Source of the DNA: an uncultured delta proteobacterium
GTDB taxonomy: Bacteria > Myxococcota_A > UBA9160 > SMWR01
DNA: 64,000 nucleotides
Assembly (NCBI GenBank): GCA_963832165.1
Contig: CAWHTE010000004.1
Location: 288,001-352,000, forward strand
Direction of reading: 5' to 3'
In this document: in pieces, positions 18,232-28,078 of the stretch
How the letters are laid out: every line of letters starts with the position of its first letter
How positions within the stretch are numbered: the first letter of the stretch is position 1
Notes under the pieces: generated by a model
Seen by the model: only the letters and a program-made list of their open reading frames with translations
Told to the model about the DNA's origin: nothing
Database searches by the model: none
Translations under genes and position numbers: made by a program

Positions 18232-18864
18232 ATGTCCCTACAGCTCGGCGACGTCGCCCCGGACTTCGAGTCCGACTCCACCGAGGGTCGGATCCGCTTC
18301 CACGACTGGATCGGCAAGGGCTGGGCCGTGCTCTTCTCCCACCCGAAAGACTTCACTCCCGTCTGCACGACCGAGCTCGGCGAGGTCGCTCGGCTCAAGC
18401 CCGAGTTCGAGAAGCGCGGCGTGAAGGTGATCGGCCTCTCCGTCGATCCCGTGAGCGATCACAAGAAGTGGGCCGTGGACATCGAGGAGACGCAGGGAAC
18501 CGCGCTCAATTTTCCGCTGATCGGCGACCCGGAGCGCACGGTGTCGGGCCTCTACGACATGATCCACCCGAACGCGAACGACACGCTCACGGTGCGATCG
18601 GTGTTCGTGATCGGACCCGACAAGAAGATCAAGCTCACGATCACCTATCCCGCGAGCACGGGGCGCAACTTCGACGAGGTGCTGCGCGTGATCGATTCGC
18701 TGCAGCTCACGGCGAAGTACCAGGTGGCGACACCCGTGAACTGGCATCGAGGCGACGACGTGATCATCGTCCCCTCGGTCTCCGACGAGGACGCGAAGAA
18801 GAAGTTCCCGCAGGGTTGGAAGGCGGTGAAGCCGTACCTGCGGATCGTGAAACAGCCGCAGTAA
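18232..18864 (+). CDS. 1-Cys peroxiredoxin (Prx6 family)
   Basis: FSHPKDFTPVCTTE, YPASTGRNFDEVLRVIDSLQLT, VATPVNW; GGAGGA RBS. Confidence 0.95.
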   Translation: MSLQLGDVAPDFESDSTEGRIRFHDWIGKGWAVLFSHPKDFTPVCTTELGEVARLKPEFEKRGVKVIGLSVDPVSDHKKWAVDIEETQGTALNFPLIGDPERTVSGLYDMIHPNANDTLTVRSVFVIGPDKKIKLTITYPASTGRNFDEVLRVIDSLQLTAKYQVATPVNWHRGDDVIIVPSVSDEDAKKKFPQGWKAVKPYLRIVKQPQ

Positions 18865-18895
18865 CGCACTACTCGCAGTCGCACCGCGTCCCAAT

Positions 18896-19281
18896 CAGTA
18901 GGCCGGGCGGACTGATTACGCGGCTTGGTTGCTCTGGGCCGGGCCGATGTTTGTCGCTCCGGCCTGCGCGCGAGTGGGGCCACGAGCCATGCAGCGTTCC
19001 GGGCCAACACCCGACGCGGCGGTTCGCATCATCCGCGACTCGCGCTCGGCCTGCGCGACATAACATCGCGCCCGGCCCCCACGGTTGGGAGGCTCAACGC
19101 CCTGAGCGAGCAGGCACTCAACCAGTAGGCCGGGTGGACCGATTACGTCGCGGAGGCCGAGCGCGAGTCGGAAACGGTGCGAACCAGTCGGCGTATATCC
19201 GGCTGGAGTTTCGCGCAGCTCGGGTTCCCACTCGCGCGCAGGCCGGAGCCGACGAATCGGCCGCCCGGCCAGGGCAACCAA
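18896..19281. repeat. Structured intergenic element 1 (inverted doublet of a ~155-bp unit)
   Basis: 18925-18978 complementary to 19227-19281; 19022-19059 complementary to 19147-19184; direct repeat CAGTAGGCCGGGYGGACYGATTACG at 18896 and 19123. Confidence 0.8.
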
Positions 19282-19303
19282 AGCCAATGCCGCAGCCGAC
19301 GAA

Positions 19304-19717
19304 TCAGCCGCTGGGCCGCGGACGGAAATAGGGCAGGGTGATCTCCTCGGACATCTCGCGGAAGGTCACCTCGATCGGCATTCCCACGCAGACCTCGGCG
19401 GGATCGCAGTCGACGAGGTTCGAGAGCATGTACCAGCCCTCGGCGAGCTCCGCGATCACCACGATGTAGGGCACCGCGAATACGGGTCGCTGCGGCCGGT
19501 GCACGACGGTGTAGCTGTACACGGTGCCGAGTCCCGAGCTCGTCACCCATTCGAGCTGATCCCCGAAGCAGCCCGTGCACACGGGCTGCGGGATGAACAC
19601 GGCCGCGCTGCAGTCACGGCAGCGCTGGAAGCGCAGCACGCCCGCGCGGCAGCCGTCCCAGTGCGGCCGCGACAGCTCCGTCGGACGCGGCAGCGGAATG
19701 CTCACGCTCGTGCTCAC
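19304..19717 (-). CDS. Zn-ribbon/OB-fold protein (DUF35 family)
   Basis: QRCRDC...PVCTGC, GTVYSYTVVH, ELAEG, VGMPIEVTF; GTG overlaps thiolase stop. Confidence 0.9.
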   Translation of the reverse strand: MSTSVSIPLPRPTELSRPHWDGCRAGVLRFQRCRDCSAAVFIPQPVCTGCFGDQLEWVTSSGLGTVYSYTVVHRPQRPVFAVPYIVVIAELAEGWYMLSNLVDCDPAEVCVGMPIEVTFREMSEEITLPYFRPRPSG

Positions 19718-20868
19718 GGCTTCTCCTTGCCGAGCAACATCACGTCGCAGAACAGCGCACCCGCTCCGCCGTTGCTCGTCATCGCGACCTCGGCTCCCGG
19801 CACCGTGAGCTCCGCGGGATAGGCGCCCTGGAGCTGGAGCACCGAGCTCGTGACCTTCTGCAGGAGCTGGGCGGTACCGGGGTGGCTGAACGAGAGCAGC
19901 CCGCCGTTGGTGACGAGCGGGCACTCACCGTCGATCTCGATCCGACCCCCCATCACGAAATCTCCACCTTCGCCCTCTTTGCAGAAGCCGAACGCCTCGA
20001 GCTGTCGGATCAGCTCGAACGAGAACGGGTCGTAGAACTCGCACACGTCGACGTCGGCGGGTGTGAGCCCGCACTGCTCGAACGCGCGCTGTGCGGCGCG
20101 CCGGCCGCTCCAGCCGTAGCGGTCCCAGACCGGTGCGGTGACGTAGGCCATGCCCTGGCGCTCGATCGCGCCGCCGAGCAGCCAGATCGGTTGGATGCCG
20201 AGATCCGCGGCGCGCGCGGCGGTCGTGAGCACGAGCCCCGCGCCGCCTTCGGAGTTGATCGCGCAGTCGAGCAGGTGATAGGGGTCGGCGACCAGGCGCG
20301 ACGCGAGCACGTCCTGCGGCGTCACGTGTCGTCCGTAGAAGACCGCATCCGGGTGCCGCGCGCCGTGATTGCGGATCGTCGCGGCCACCTCGGCGAGCGA
20401 CTCGGGCCGTGTTCCGTACAGGTGCATGTGGCGGCGCGCGATCAGCGCGAACTCGGCCGCGGTGTAGAGGCCCCAGCTCGCGACGAACTCGTTGGTGGGG
20501 CGCGTCCACGGCGACGTCGAGTCGCGCTCGGTGTACTCGCCGGCCTGAGCGTCCGCGATCACGACGGTTTCGCATTGGCCCGTTGCGATCGCGAGCGCGG
20601 CCTCGATCACGCCTTCGATCCCGAGCGCGACGCCGGTCCACACGGGGCGCCCGCCGAACCACGCCGCTGACTCGCGCGGATTGAGCCTCCACACCGACGA
20701 GCGCACGTTCACGCCGTCGACGTCGGCCGGGCGCAGATTCGCGGCCGCGAGCGCACCGCGCACCGCGTCGAGCACGAGGTCGAGCTCGCTGACTCCTTCG
20801 ATCACCTTGGCCTGGCGCGTGTGGTAGGCGCCCACGAGCGCGACGTCGTGGAACGGGTGACGGGGCAT
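19714..20868 (-). CDS. Thiolase-superfamily protein (SCP2/Ltp2-like)
   Basis: VADPYHLLDCAINSEGGAG, EFYDPFS, TNGGLLSFSHPG; coupled to DUF35 gene. Confidence 0.88.
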   Translation of the reverse strand: MPRHPFHDVALVGAYHTRQAKVIEGVSELDLVLDAVRGALAAANLRPADVDGVNVRSSVWRLNPRESAAWFGGRPVWTGVALGIEGVIEAALAIATGQCETVVIADAQAGEYTERDSTSPWTRPTNEFVASWGLYTAAEFALIARRHMHLYGTRPESLAEVAATIRNHGARHPDAVFYGRHVTPQDVLASRLVADPYHLLDCAINSEGGAGLVLTTAARAADLGIQPIWLLGGAIERQGMAYVTAPVWDRYGWSGRRAAQRAFEQCGLTPADVDVCEFYDPFSFELIRQLEAFGFCKEGEGGDFVMGGRIEIDGECPLVTNGGLLSFSHPGTAQLLQKVTSSVLQLQGAYPAELTVPGAEVAMTSNGGAGALFCDVMLLGKEKP

Positions 20869-20946
20869 CGGGCCTTCCGGGTTTCGGGAAACGCGCATCG
20901 TATCACTACGCCCCGTCGGTTACAGTGACCGGCGAAGGGCATTGGG

Positions 20947-21735
20947 ATGGGCGAACCCACGTCGATCGACACGGTGCAGCCGCGGATCGTCGATTGGATC
21001 GTGACGCCGCTGTTCCTGATCGGTTTCGCAGGCACGCTGCTCTTCTTCGATCCGCTGCTGCGGATCTCGCGCTGCTTCGGGCTGCGCCCCGAGGAGATCG
21101 TCGCGGGCGCGCTGCAGTGGACGCTCGTGCGCGTGTTCGGGATCGCGGGCACGCGGCTCGCGGTCGAGCGTGAGCCAGGTCTCGTGCCGGGTGCGCCCGC
21201 GCTCGTGATCGCGAACCACCAGAGCATGTTCGATATCCCGATCTTCGCGGCGCTCTTGTTCCGCAACTATCCGAAGTACATCTCGAAGCGCGAGCTCGCG
21301 AAGTGGCTGCCGAGCATCTCGTACAACCTGCGTCGCGGCGGCCACGCGATCATCGACCGCGACGACCGCGCGGGCTCCGTCGCGGCAATCCGCGCGCTCG
21401 CCGATCAGGTCAACGAACGCGGCGTCACCGCCGTGATCTTTCCGGAGGGCACGCGCGCGCGGTTCGGCGAGCTCCGCACGTTCAAGACCGCGGGCGCGCT
21501 CGCGCTGCTCGACGCGGCGCCCGACGTCCCCGTGGTGATCGTGGCGATCGACGAGTCGTGGCGCCTGCTGCGCTGGAATCTCATGCCGATCCCGTACGGC
21601 ACGCGCGTGCGCGTGCGGATCGGCGCGCCGATCGCGCGCCGACCCGACGAGGATCAGCACGCGCTGGTCGTGGGCGCGCGCGCCGAAATCGAGAAGACGC
21701 TCGCGCGCTGGCGCGCGGAGGCACCTCGGCGCTGA
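20947..21735 (+). CDS. Lysophospholipid acyltransferase (PlsC family)
   Basis: NHQSMFD (HX4D), FPEGTR motifs. Confidence 0.9.
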   Translation: MGEPTSIDTVQPRIVDWIVTPLFLIGFAGTLLFFDPLLRISRCFGLRPEEIVAGALQWTLVRVFGIAGTRLAVEREPGLVPGAPALVIANHQSMFDIPIFAALLFRNYPKYISKRELAKWLPSISYNLRRGGHAIIDRDDRAGSVAAIRALADQVNERGVTAVIFPEGTRARFGELRTFKTAGALALLDAAPDVPVVIVAIDESWRLLRWNLMPIPYGTRVRVRIGAPIARRPDEDQHALVVGARAEIEKTLARWRAEAPRR

Positions 21736-21739
21736 CCCG

Positions 21740-24589
21740 CTAGTCGGCGGGATGCTCGTAGCCGTCGTTCCACGACGCGGGGAAGCGGCCGGTATCCGCG
21801 TAGCTCTGCGCGTCGCGCAGACCCCGCTCGCAGAACGGGCCGAACCCGCCCTGTTCCCGGCAGTGCCGCCACAGCGCCGCGATCGTCTGCGGAGGGAAGG
21901 GCAGCGCGGGGTAGTAGCGATCGAGGTACGCGCTCGTCTGCCGCGTCATCTCGGCCGGGGATCCGCCCACGCCGCCTGCGGCGGGTGCGCCGTAGAGGAA
22001 GCGCAGCAGTCCCAGCAGATCGTCCGAGAGCTCGTCCTTCGACTTCGCGCGCCAGATCGCGATCTGCCCGTCGACGTCCGGCTGCGCCTCGCGCTGCGAC
22101 GCCCACGCGGCGATCAGCGTCGGGCAGTGGGGAAGCCGGACCGAGCAGGCGCGCGAGATCATCGCATCCCAGATCGGCTCGGGCGGTCCGTGCTCGAAGC
22201 GATCCAGATAGCGGCGCAGCAGCGACCGCTGCGGTCCCTCGACGGCGGCCCTTCCGTAACCCAGGAACGGCAGCCGCGCGAGTCTGCCGGCGAAGAAGCC
22301 GCGCCCGGCTTCGTAGCTCAGGCGCGGATGCAGGAGCGAATGCGCGAACCCCGCGCGCGACGGGACGCGGAGCACGCCGAGCGGCGCGCTCTCGTGCACG
22401 AGCAGCTCGGAGAGATCACGCACGCCGATCCGCGCGAGAGCCGCGGCGAAATCGGGCTGCTTTGCGCGCGCCTCGATGCGCGCGAGGTCGAGCGCTCCCG
22501 CTCCGCGCACACCGACCAGCAGGAGATCCGTCGAACGCGCGCGCCAGAGGGCCGCCTGATCGAACGCCTCGGTGAAGTTCTGGAGCACGAGCTGGATGCT
22601 GCGGTTGTTGTTCTCGTAGGTGTGGAACCACTGGACGTACACGCCACCGGGTGTGAGTCGGTCGCGGGCCGCACGCAGGAACTCCCGGCTGAACAGCATC
22701 TCGACGCCCGCGACCCAGGGGTTGCTCGGCTCCGAGACGATCACGTCGAAGCGGTCGTCGCTGCGCAGCAGCGCGCGATAGGCGTCGCTGCGCAGGTGTC
22801 GGATCTTGGGGTGGTGTGAGGCGCCGTTGTTCGCGAAGTCGAACCACGGCGCCGCGCCGAGCACGCCCGACGAGATCTCCGCCACCGTCACCGAGCGCAT
22901 GCCGTCGAGCGCAGCCAGATACCCCGCCGTGATCCCCGTGCCGTAGCCGATCACGAAGGCGCGCTCGGGCTCGTCGCAGAGAAGCGCCGGGATCAGCGCG
23001 GCCATCGCCATCGTGTAGAGGTCGGCGCTCGTGTTTCCGTCGGACTTGCCGTTCACCACGATCGAGACGCTGTCGCCGCTGCCTTTCGCCGCCACCACCG
23101 AGCTGGTCGGATCGTCGTCGTGGAACAGGATCGTCTCGCGCGGCGCGGCATCCGGTCCCAGAGAGGTCCAGGGCCGCGGCGTCGGAACCCGGAACAGGCC
23201 CGCGGAGAGCCGGGCGGGATCCCACGGCGGAAGCCACAGCAGCGCGAGCAGTGCGGCGGCGCCCGCGATCGAGCCGCCGAGGCGGTGACGCGTCACGAGT
23301 GCCGCAGCCAGCACGAACGCGGCCAACGCGATCCGGAACACGTGATGGAGATCGAGCCAGAACAACAGCGCGTAGCCGCCGGCCAGTGCGCCGAGCAGCG
23401 AGCCGATCGTGTTCTGGCTGTACAGGCGGCCTGCGTTCGCACCGAGCTCGCCGAAGCTCCGGCGCAGCGCATCGAACAAGAGCGGCAGTACGGCACCCGA
23501 GAGCGCGATCACGGGGCCGATCGAGAGCAGCGTGGCGAGGAACGCCGCGCCGTAGAAGCGATGGAAGTTCACCTCGCTGCTTTCGAACTGCGTGCGCAGC
23601 ACGTGGCCCCAATAGGGCGCCTCGTCGACGCGCGTGTAGAGGAGTCCGAAGCCGAGCACGAGCGTCCAGAGGGTTGCCGGAAGGACTGTGCGCCCGATCC
23701 GCGGCAGCGCAGAGACCACGAGACTGCCGGCCGCGATCGCGAGCACGAACGCGGCGACGACGATCGCGAAGGTGAACTCCGAGGATCCGAGCGTGAGGCC
23801 GCCGACCCGGATCAGGACCGCCTGACACGTCATCGAGCCGAAGCCGACCAGCAGCGCGGCGAACGCGTACGCGCGCGATCCCGCCGGGGCAGGGCGATCC
23901 GACTCGGAGCGCGCATCGAGCGGTGCTGCGGCGCGGTGGCGCACGCCGAGCAGCGCGAAGATCGCGCCGGCACCCAGGTTGATCACGCCCATCGCGCGCG
24001 CGACGCCGTCCAGCCCGATCCACGGCACGAGCGCGAAGCCCGCGACGAGCGCCCCCGCGAACGCGCCCGCGGTGTTGGTCGCGTACACGAGTGCGTGGAG
24101 CCGGGTCGAGTCTTCGACGCTGCGCGCGAGCGCCTGGGTCAGGACCGGGATCGTCGCGCCCATCAACACGGATGGCGGGCCGATCAGCGCGGCCGCGAGC
24201 GCGACATCCGCGGAGAACGCGACGAGCCCACCGCCCGTGGGAAGCCAGAGCGAAACCTGCTGCGCGGCGCGAAACAGCCACGGGAACAGCAGCGCGTAGA
24301 CGCCGATCGCGCCCTCGACGCCGCCGTAGAAGAGGAGCAGCGCGGGCGGGCGCTCGTTCTCGCGCGCACGCGCCACGAGCGCGCGCGTGATCGTGCCGAA
24401 CAGCCGGTAGCCCGCGGACAGGCCGCCCAGGAAGATCGCGAGCACCGCCGCGGTGGCCTCGCTGTGCGCGCCCAGCAGCGTGGCCAGATAGCGCTGCCAG
24501 GTCACCTCGTAGGCGAGCCCCGCGAAGCCTGTGAGTGCCGTGAGCAGCAGCGCGAGAACGCGGATCAGGGATTGACTCTCGCGCTGCAA
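21740..24589 (-). CDS. Large membrane-fused spermidine-synthase-like protein (divergent subfamily)
   Basis: GFAGLAYEVTW, LMGATIP, YATNTAGA, NGKSDG, IGYGTGIT, EISSGV, FDVIVSEPSNPW; start uncertain. Confidence 0.85.
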   Translation of the reverse strand: MQRESQSLIRVLALLLTALTGFAGLAYEVTWQRYLATLLGAHSEATAAVLAIFLGGLSAGYRLFGTITRALVARARENERPPALLLFYGGVEGAIGVYALLFPWLFRAAQQVSLWLPTGGGLVAFSADVALAAALIGPPSVLMGATIPVLTQALARSVEDSTRLHALVYATNTAGAFAGALVAGFALVPWIGLDGVARAMGVINLGAGAIFALLGVRHRAAAPLDARSESDRPAPAGSRAYAFAALLVGFGSMTCQAVLIRVGGLTLGSSEFTFAIVVAAFVLAIAAGSLVVSALPRIGRTVLPATLWTLVLGFGLLYTRVDEAPYWGHVLRTQFESSEVNFHRFYGAAFLATLLSIGPVIALSGAVLPLLFDALRRSFGELGANAGRLYSQNTIGSLLGALAGGYALLFWLDLHHVFRIALAAFVLAAALVTRHRLGGSIAGAAALLALLWLPPWDPARLSAGLFRVPTPRPWTSLGPDAAPRETILFHDDDPTSSVVAAKGSGDSVSIVVNGKSDGNTSADLYTMAMAALIPALLCDEPERAFVIGYGTGITAGYLAALDGMRSVTVAEISSGVLGAAPWFDFANNGASHHPKIRHLRSDAYRALLRSDDRFDVIVSEPSNPWVAGVEMLFSREFLRAARDRLTPGGVYVQWFHTYENNNRSIQLVLQNFTEAFDQAALWRARSTDLLLVGVRGAGALDLARIEARAKQPDFAAALARIGVRDLSELLVHESAPLGVLRVPSRAGFAHSLLHPRLSYEAGRGFFAGRLARLPFLGYGRAAVEGPQRSLLRRYLDRFEHGPPEPIWDAMISRACSVRLPHCPTLIAAWASQREAQPDVDGQIAIWRAKSKDELSDDLLGLLRFLYGAPAAGGVGGSPAEMTRQTSAYLDRYYPALPFPPQTIAALWRHCREQGGFGPFCERGLRDAQSYADTGRFPASWNDGYEHPAD

Positions 24590-24613
24590 TTCACGGCCTC
24601 GGCGCCACCTCCG

Positions 24614-25495
24614 TCAGCTGCGGAGCGCGAAGGCGGCGTTCGAGATGACGGGCGTGCCGCGGTCCACGCTCTGCACCTCGACGAGCAGCTTGTCCTTCTC
24701 GCGCCACCACGACGTGCGCAGGGTCTCGCCCGGGAACACGACGCCCGCGAAGCGCGCCGAATAACGCGACACCCGCGTGGGATCTCCATCGAGCGCCGCG
24801 TCGACGACGGCCTTGCACACGATCCCGAACGAGCACAGTCCGTGCAGGATCGGGCGGTCGAACCCGCCGCGCTTTGCGAACTCGGGATCGGCGTGGAGCG
24901 GATTCTTGTCGCCGTTCAGGCGATAGAGCAACGCCTGCTGGGGCAGCGTCTGCGAGTCGACGGTGCCGTCGGCGGCGCGCTCGGGGCGCTGGTTCGCGGG
25001 CGGAGGTCCCGAAGGTCCGCCGAAGCCGCCTTCGCCGCGCATGAACAGCGACATGCGGTTGGTGAACAACGGACCCTGCGCGTCGCTCGACGCGTACTCC
25101 ATCACCACGAGCGCGGCCTTGCCCTTGTCCCAGATCTCCGCGACACGTCCGCGCGTGGAGAGCTCCGCCGCGGTCGGCAGCGGGCGATGGATCTCCACGT
25201 CCTGCTCGCCGTGCAGGAGCATCGCGGGGTTGTAGTCGAGGCCGGGTACCTTGACGAACCCGCCGCCTCCTCCCTTCTCGCGCCGCGCGCGCGCGGTCAT
25301 CCCGGCGGAGGCGACCACCGCGAAGCTCGGCAGCACCTTGAGGTTCTTTTCGAACGTGTACTCGAGCTCGGCGGGCTCGGTGGCGCTGAAGCCCGCGCCG
25401 ATTCCGAGGTGGTAGAGGATCACATCGTCGGGGCCGTAGCTTCCCGTGGTCTCGCCGAGCGTGGCGCCCAGCGCTTTCTCGCGATCGATCGGCAT
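24614..25495 (-). CDS. MaoC-like double-hotdog (R)-enoyl-CoA hydratase
   Basis: LLHGEQ, YRLNGDKNPLHADP, PILHGLCSFG, RFAGVVFPGETL. Confidence 0.92.
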   Translation of the reverse strand: MPIDREKALGATLGETTGSYGPDDVILYHLGIGAGFSATEPAELEYTFEKNLKVLPSFAVVASAGMTARARREKGGGGGFVKVPGLDYNPAMLLHGEQDVEIHRPLPTAAELSTRGRVAEIWDKGKAALVVMEYASSDAQGPLFTNRMSLFMRGEGGFGGPSGPPPANQRPERAADGTVDSQTLPQQALLYRLNGDKNPLHADPEFAKRGGFDRPILHGLCSFGIVCKAVVDAALDGDPTRVSRYSARFAGVVFPGETLRTSWWREKDKLLVEVQSVDRGTPVISNAAFALRS

Positions 25496-25575
25496 CGAGA
25501 GCTCCTGGATGGGTTTCGGGGCGCGAGCATACACTTCAACCACCGCCGCCCTAGGCGATTCGCGGAGGCATGCTG

Positions 25576-25899
25576 CCCCGACGTGACAGCGCCCCGTCGG
25601 GGGCTAGAGTCAGCTTCCGGACCGAGCTGCAGCTGTGGTGCACGTGATTACCCGGTCGCGGGATCAGTCGCAACCCACTGATCTCACTGTGAAATCGGAT
25701 TCGAGGGAGATGGATAAATCCCTCTTCAGCGCTTCGGGAGTCCGGCCGAAGAGAGCGGCGTGGTGCGATTCCGTCGTCACCGCGAGTGCCCGAAGGGGCA
25801 CTGACCTCGGATAGAAGCGGCCGATGTGGTGTCGGGCCGCACCCCCCAACTGGAAATCCGACAAACCGTCGGGCCGCTCGATTGAAAATGGAGAACACG
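25576..25899 (+). promoter_or_regulatory. Hairpin-rich upstream region of the flp/tad operon
   Basis: Stems at 25576-25602, 25662-25683, 25703-25724, 25785-25802, 25817-25840; lower GC than flanking genes. Confidence 0.4.
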
Positions 25900-26082
25900 A
25901 TGCTGAACGTGATGAAGCGCCTGGTCCGTGAGGACGCGGGCATGGAAATGGTGGAATGGTCGATCGTGGGCGTGGTCTTCGCGCTCGCGGGCGCGCTCCT
26001 CTGGAGCACGCTGAAGGACGACATCGACACCGCGCTCACGAACATCGGCGACTGCGTCAAGGACAGCACGGCCTGCCCGTAG
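25900..26082 (+). CDS. flp: Flp family type IVb/c pilin
   Basis: 60 aa, REDAG|MEMVEW prepilin site with E+5 and hydrophobic helix; first gene of tad locus. Confidence 0.85.
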   Translation: MLNVMKRLVREDAGMEMVEWSIVGVVFALAGALLWSTLKDDIDTALTNIGDCVKDSTACP

Positions 26083-26110
26083 TCGTTGCCGTGAACCCGT
26101 CTCTCACCCC

Positions 26111-26758
26111 GTGAACCCGGAACTGGCACTGGATCGTTCGGATCTCCCGTCCGGCGTGATCTCGAGGTTCGGTGTATCCGCGGCCATCGCGGCAAGTGTG
26201 AGTGCGGGTTTTCTGTGGAGCGCACAGGAATCGCCGCTGCCCGCCACTGTGTGGGCAGCGGCCTTCCTTTTTCTGGCGATCGAGTACGACGTGCGGAGTC
26301 TGCGCATCCCGAACTGGCTCACGGGCGGCGGCCTGGTCGTCGCGCTCGCGCTCGCGGGGTCCACTCGCGGCTCGGTCGGACTGCTGCATGCGCTCGCGGG
26401 CGCGGGCGTCGCACTCGCGGTGCTGCTCGTTCCCTTCGCGTTGCGCTGGCTCGGCGCCGGTGACGTCAAGGCGCTGATGGTGCTCGGCGCGCTGTGGGGG
26501 CGCGAGTTCGTGCTCCCCACCTTGTTCTGGATGTTCGTGGCAGGGGGTGTCCTCGCGATCGCGCTCGTGGTGGCGCGTGGCGAGCTCCGCGATCTCTGTA
26601 CGCGCTGGGGGAGGAGCCTCTGGATCACCCTCTCCACGCGCCGACTCACCTTTTTTGCGCCCGCTCCCGGGTCCGCTGCCGGAGGAGGTTTGCCCTTCGC
26701 CGTCGCGATCGGGGTCGGTGCGTCGATCCATCAGATCTGGGGGTTCCCGTGGGCATGA
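26111..26758 (+). CDS. cpaA: Prepilin peptidase TadV/CpaA (A24)
   Basis: YDVRSLRIPNW, LGAGDVK, LPFAVAI; start uncertain. Confidence 0.88.
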   Translation: MNPELALDRSDLPSGVISRFGVSAAIAASVSAGFLWSAQESPLPATVWAAAFLFLAIEYDVRSLRIPNWLTGGGLVVALALAGSTRGSVGLLHALAGAGVALAVLLVPFALRWLGAGDVKALMVLGALWGREFVLPTLFWMFVAGGVLAIALVVARGELRDLCTRWGRSLWITLSTRRLTFFAPAPGSAAGGGLPFAVAIGVGASIHQIWGFPWA

Positions 26759-27178
26759 CAGGCACTCGAGCGCTCAAACGGCGCACGCGCGGCATGGCAA
26801 TGGTGGAGATGGTATTCGTGCTCCCGTTGCTCCTGTTGCTCGTCTTCGCGATTGCGCAATTCGGTCTCATGTTCAGCCGCTGGCTGACGCTAAGCAACGC
26901 AGTGCGCGAAGGTGCGCGCGAGGGTGTTGCATTCCGCGGGCTCGTTTGTCCTGCGGCGGCAGCCACGGTCGAGGCGAACGTGAGGGACAAGGTCGTGACC
27001 TACGCGAACGCGGGCGGAGTCGGCATCTCGGCCGCCGACGTGAACGTGGCGGGCGCGTGCGGCGCCGCCGGCACTCCGCTCACAGGTCGACGCCGACTTC
27101 GACTTCCAGCTCAACATCCCGTTCGCGTCGCTCAACACCATCACCCTGACATATTCATCCACGATGCGTAACGAGTAG
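26755..27178 (+). CDS. tadE: TadE-like minor pilin, frameshifted by one extra base near 27084-27086
   Basis: RG|MAMVEMVFVLPLLLLLVFAIAQFG, AVREGAR; removing one base gives a C-terminus VDADFDFQLNIPF...STMRNE* at 27178. Confidence 0.78.
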
Positions 27179-27215
27179 GCTCGCCGAGCCGATTCGATCC
27201 ATCGGAGGGGTCAAC

Positions 27216-28031
27216 ATGCAGAATCGCCGGGCCTTGATGTTTCTGGTCCTCGCCGTCGCGCTCGGCGTGGGTGCCGCGTTCACCGCGCAGCGCTGGCTCG
27301 AGGACGCGCGGCGCCAGCCCATGGCGGGCGAATCCAACACGCGGCCCGTGGCCGTGATGCGCCAGGATCTCCAGGTGGGGCAGGTCGTGCACGCGCGCGA
27401 GCTCACCACCGTCGACTGGCCGGCCAACCTGGTGCCGCCGGGCGCGCACTCGGATCTCTCGAAGCTCGAGGGACGCGTGGTGCGCCGGCCGCTCGCCGCG
27501 GGCGAGCCGGTGCTCGAGAGCGCGCTGTTGCCCGAGGGCTCGCGCGCAGGCCTGGTCTCGGTGATCGACCCGTCGCGCCGTGCGATCTCGGTGAAGGTGG
27601 ATCCGGTGGTCGGCGTGGCCGGCTTCATCGTGCCGGGCGCGCACGTGGACGTACTCGTGACGATCGACCGCATCGACACCGACGGCAACCCCGTCAGCAA
27701 GGTGATCCTGCAGGACGTCCAGGTGCTCGCGATCGACCAGAAGGTCGAAGAGGCCAAGGAAGGCGAACCGGAGCTCGTGCAGGTCGTGACGCTCGAGACG
27801 AGCCCGCAGGAGGCCGAAAAGCTCACGCATGCCGCCCACGAGGGACGGCTGCAGCTCGCGTTGCGCAACCCGACCGATCGCGAGATCGTCGAGACGCACA
27901 GCGTGGGAGTCGGAGACGTGCTCGGCGATCGCAAGCCGGCGCCGCGCGTCGCTTCGCGGCCGGTACAGCGCTCCGCGGGCGCGGCCGTCGAAGTGATCAA
28001 GGGTTCGCAGGTTTCGGTGCAGAGCTTCTGA
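27216..28031 (+). CDS. cpaB: Flp pilus assembly protein CpaB/RcpC
   Basis: SAF domain; RAISVKVD, GVAGFIVPGAHVDV, ILQDVQVLAIDQ, LQLALRNP. Confidence 0.93.
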   Translation: MQNRRALMFLVLAVALGVGAAFTAQRWLEDARRQPMAGESNTRPVAVMRQDLQVGQVVHARELTTVDWPANLVPPGAHSDLSKLEGRVVRRPLAAGEPVLESALLPEGSRAGLVSVIDPSRRAISVKVDPVVGVAGFIVPGAHVDVLVTIDRIDTDGNPVSKVILQDVQVLAIDQKVEEAKEGEPELVQVVTLETSPQEAEKLTHAAHEGRLQLALRNPTDREIVETHSVGVGDVLGDRKPAPRVASRPVQRSAGAAVEVIKGSQVSVQSF

Positions 28032-28078
28032 GCTCTGCGCTTCGTCGTCCAGTCCACCCCCACGTGGAGTTTCACACC

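Noticed and set aside
18869..19287. Small ORFs in the structured intergenic elements (also 41783-41974 and 50522-51009)
   Set aside because: Their similarity to each other comes from the DNA repeat; no RBS or protein-like composition
25576..25899. Calling a c-di-GMP riboswitch upstream of flp
   Set aside because: Could not find the class I or class II consensus; kept only as an unassigned structured leader
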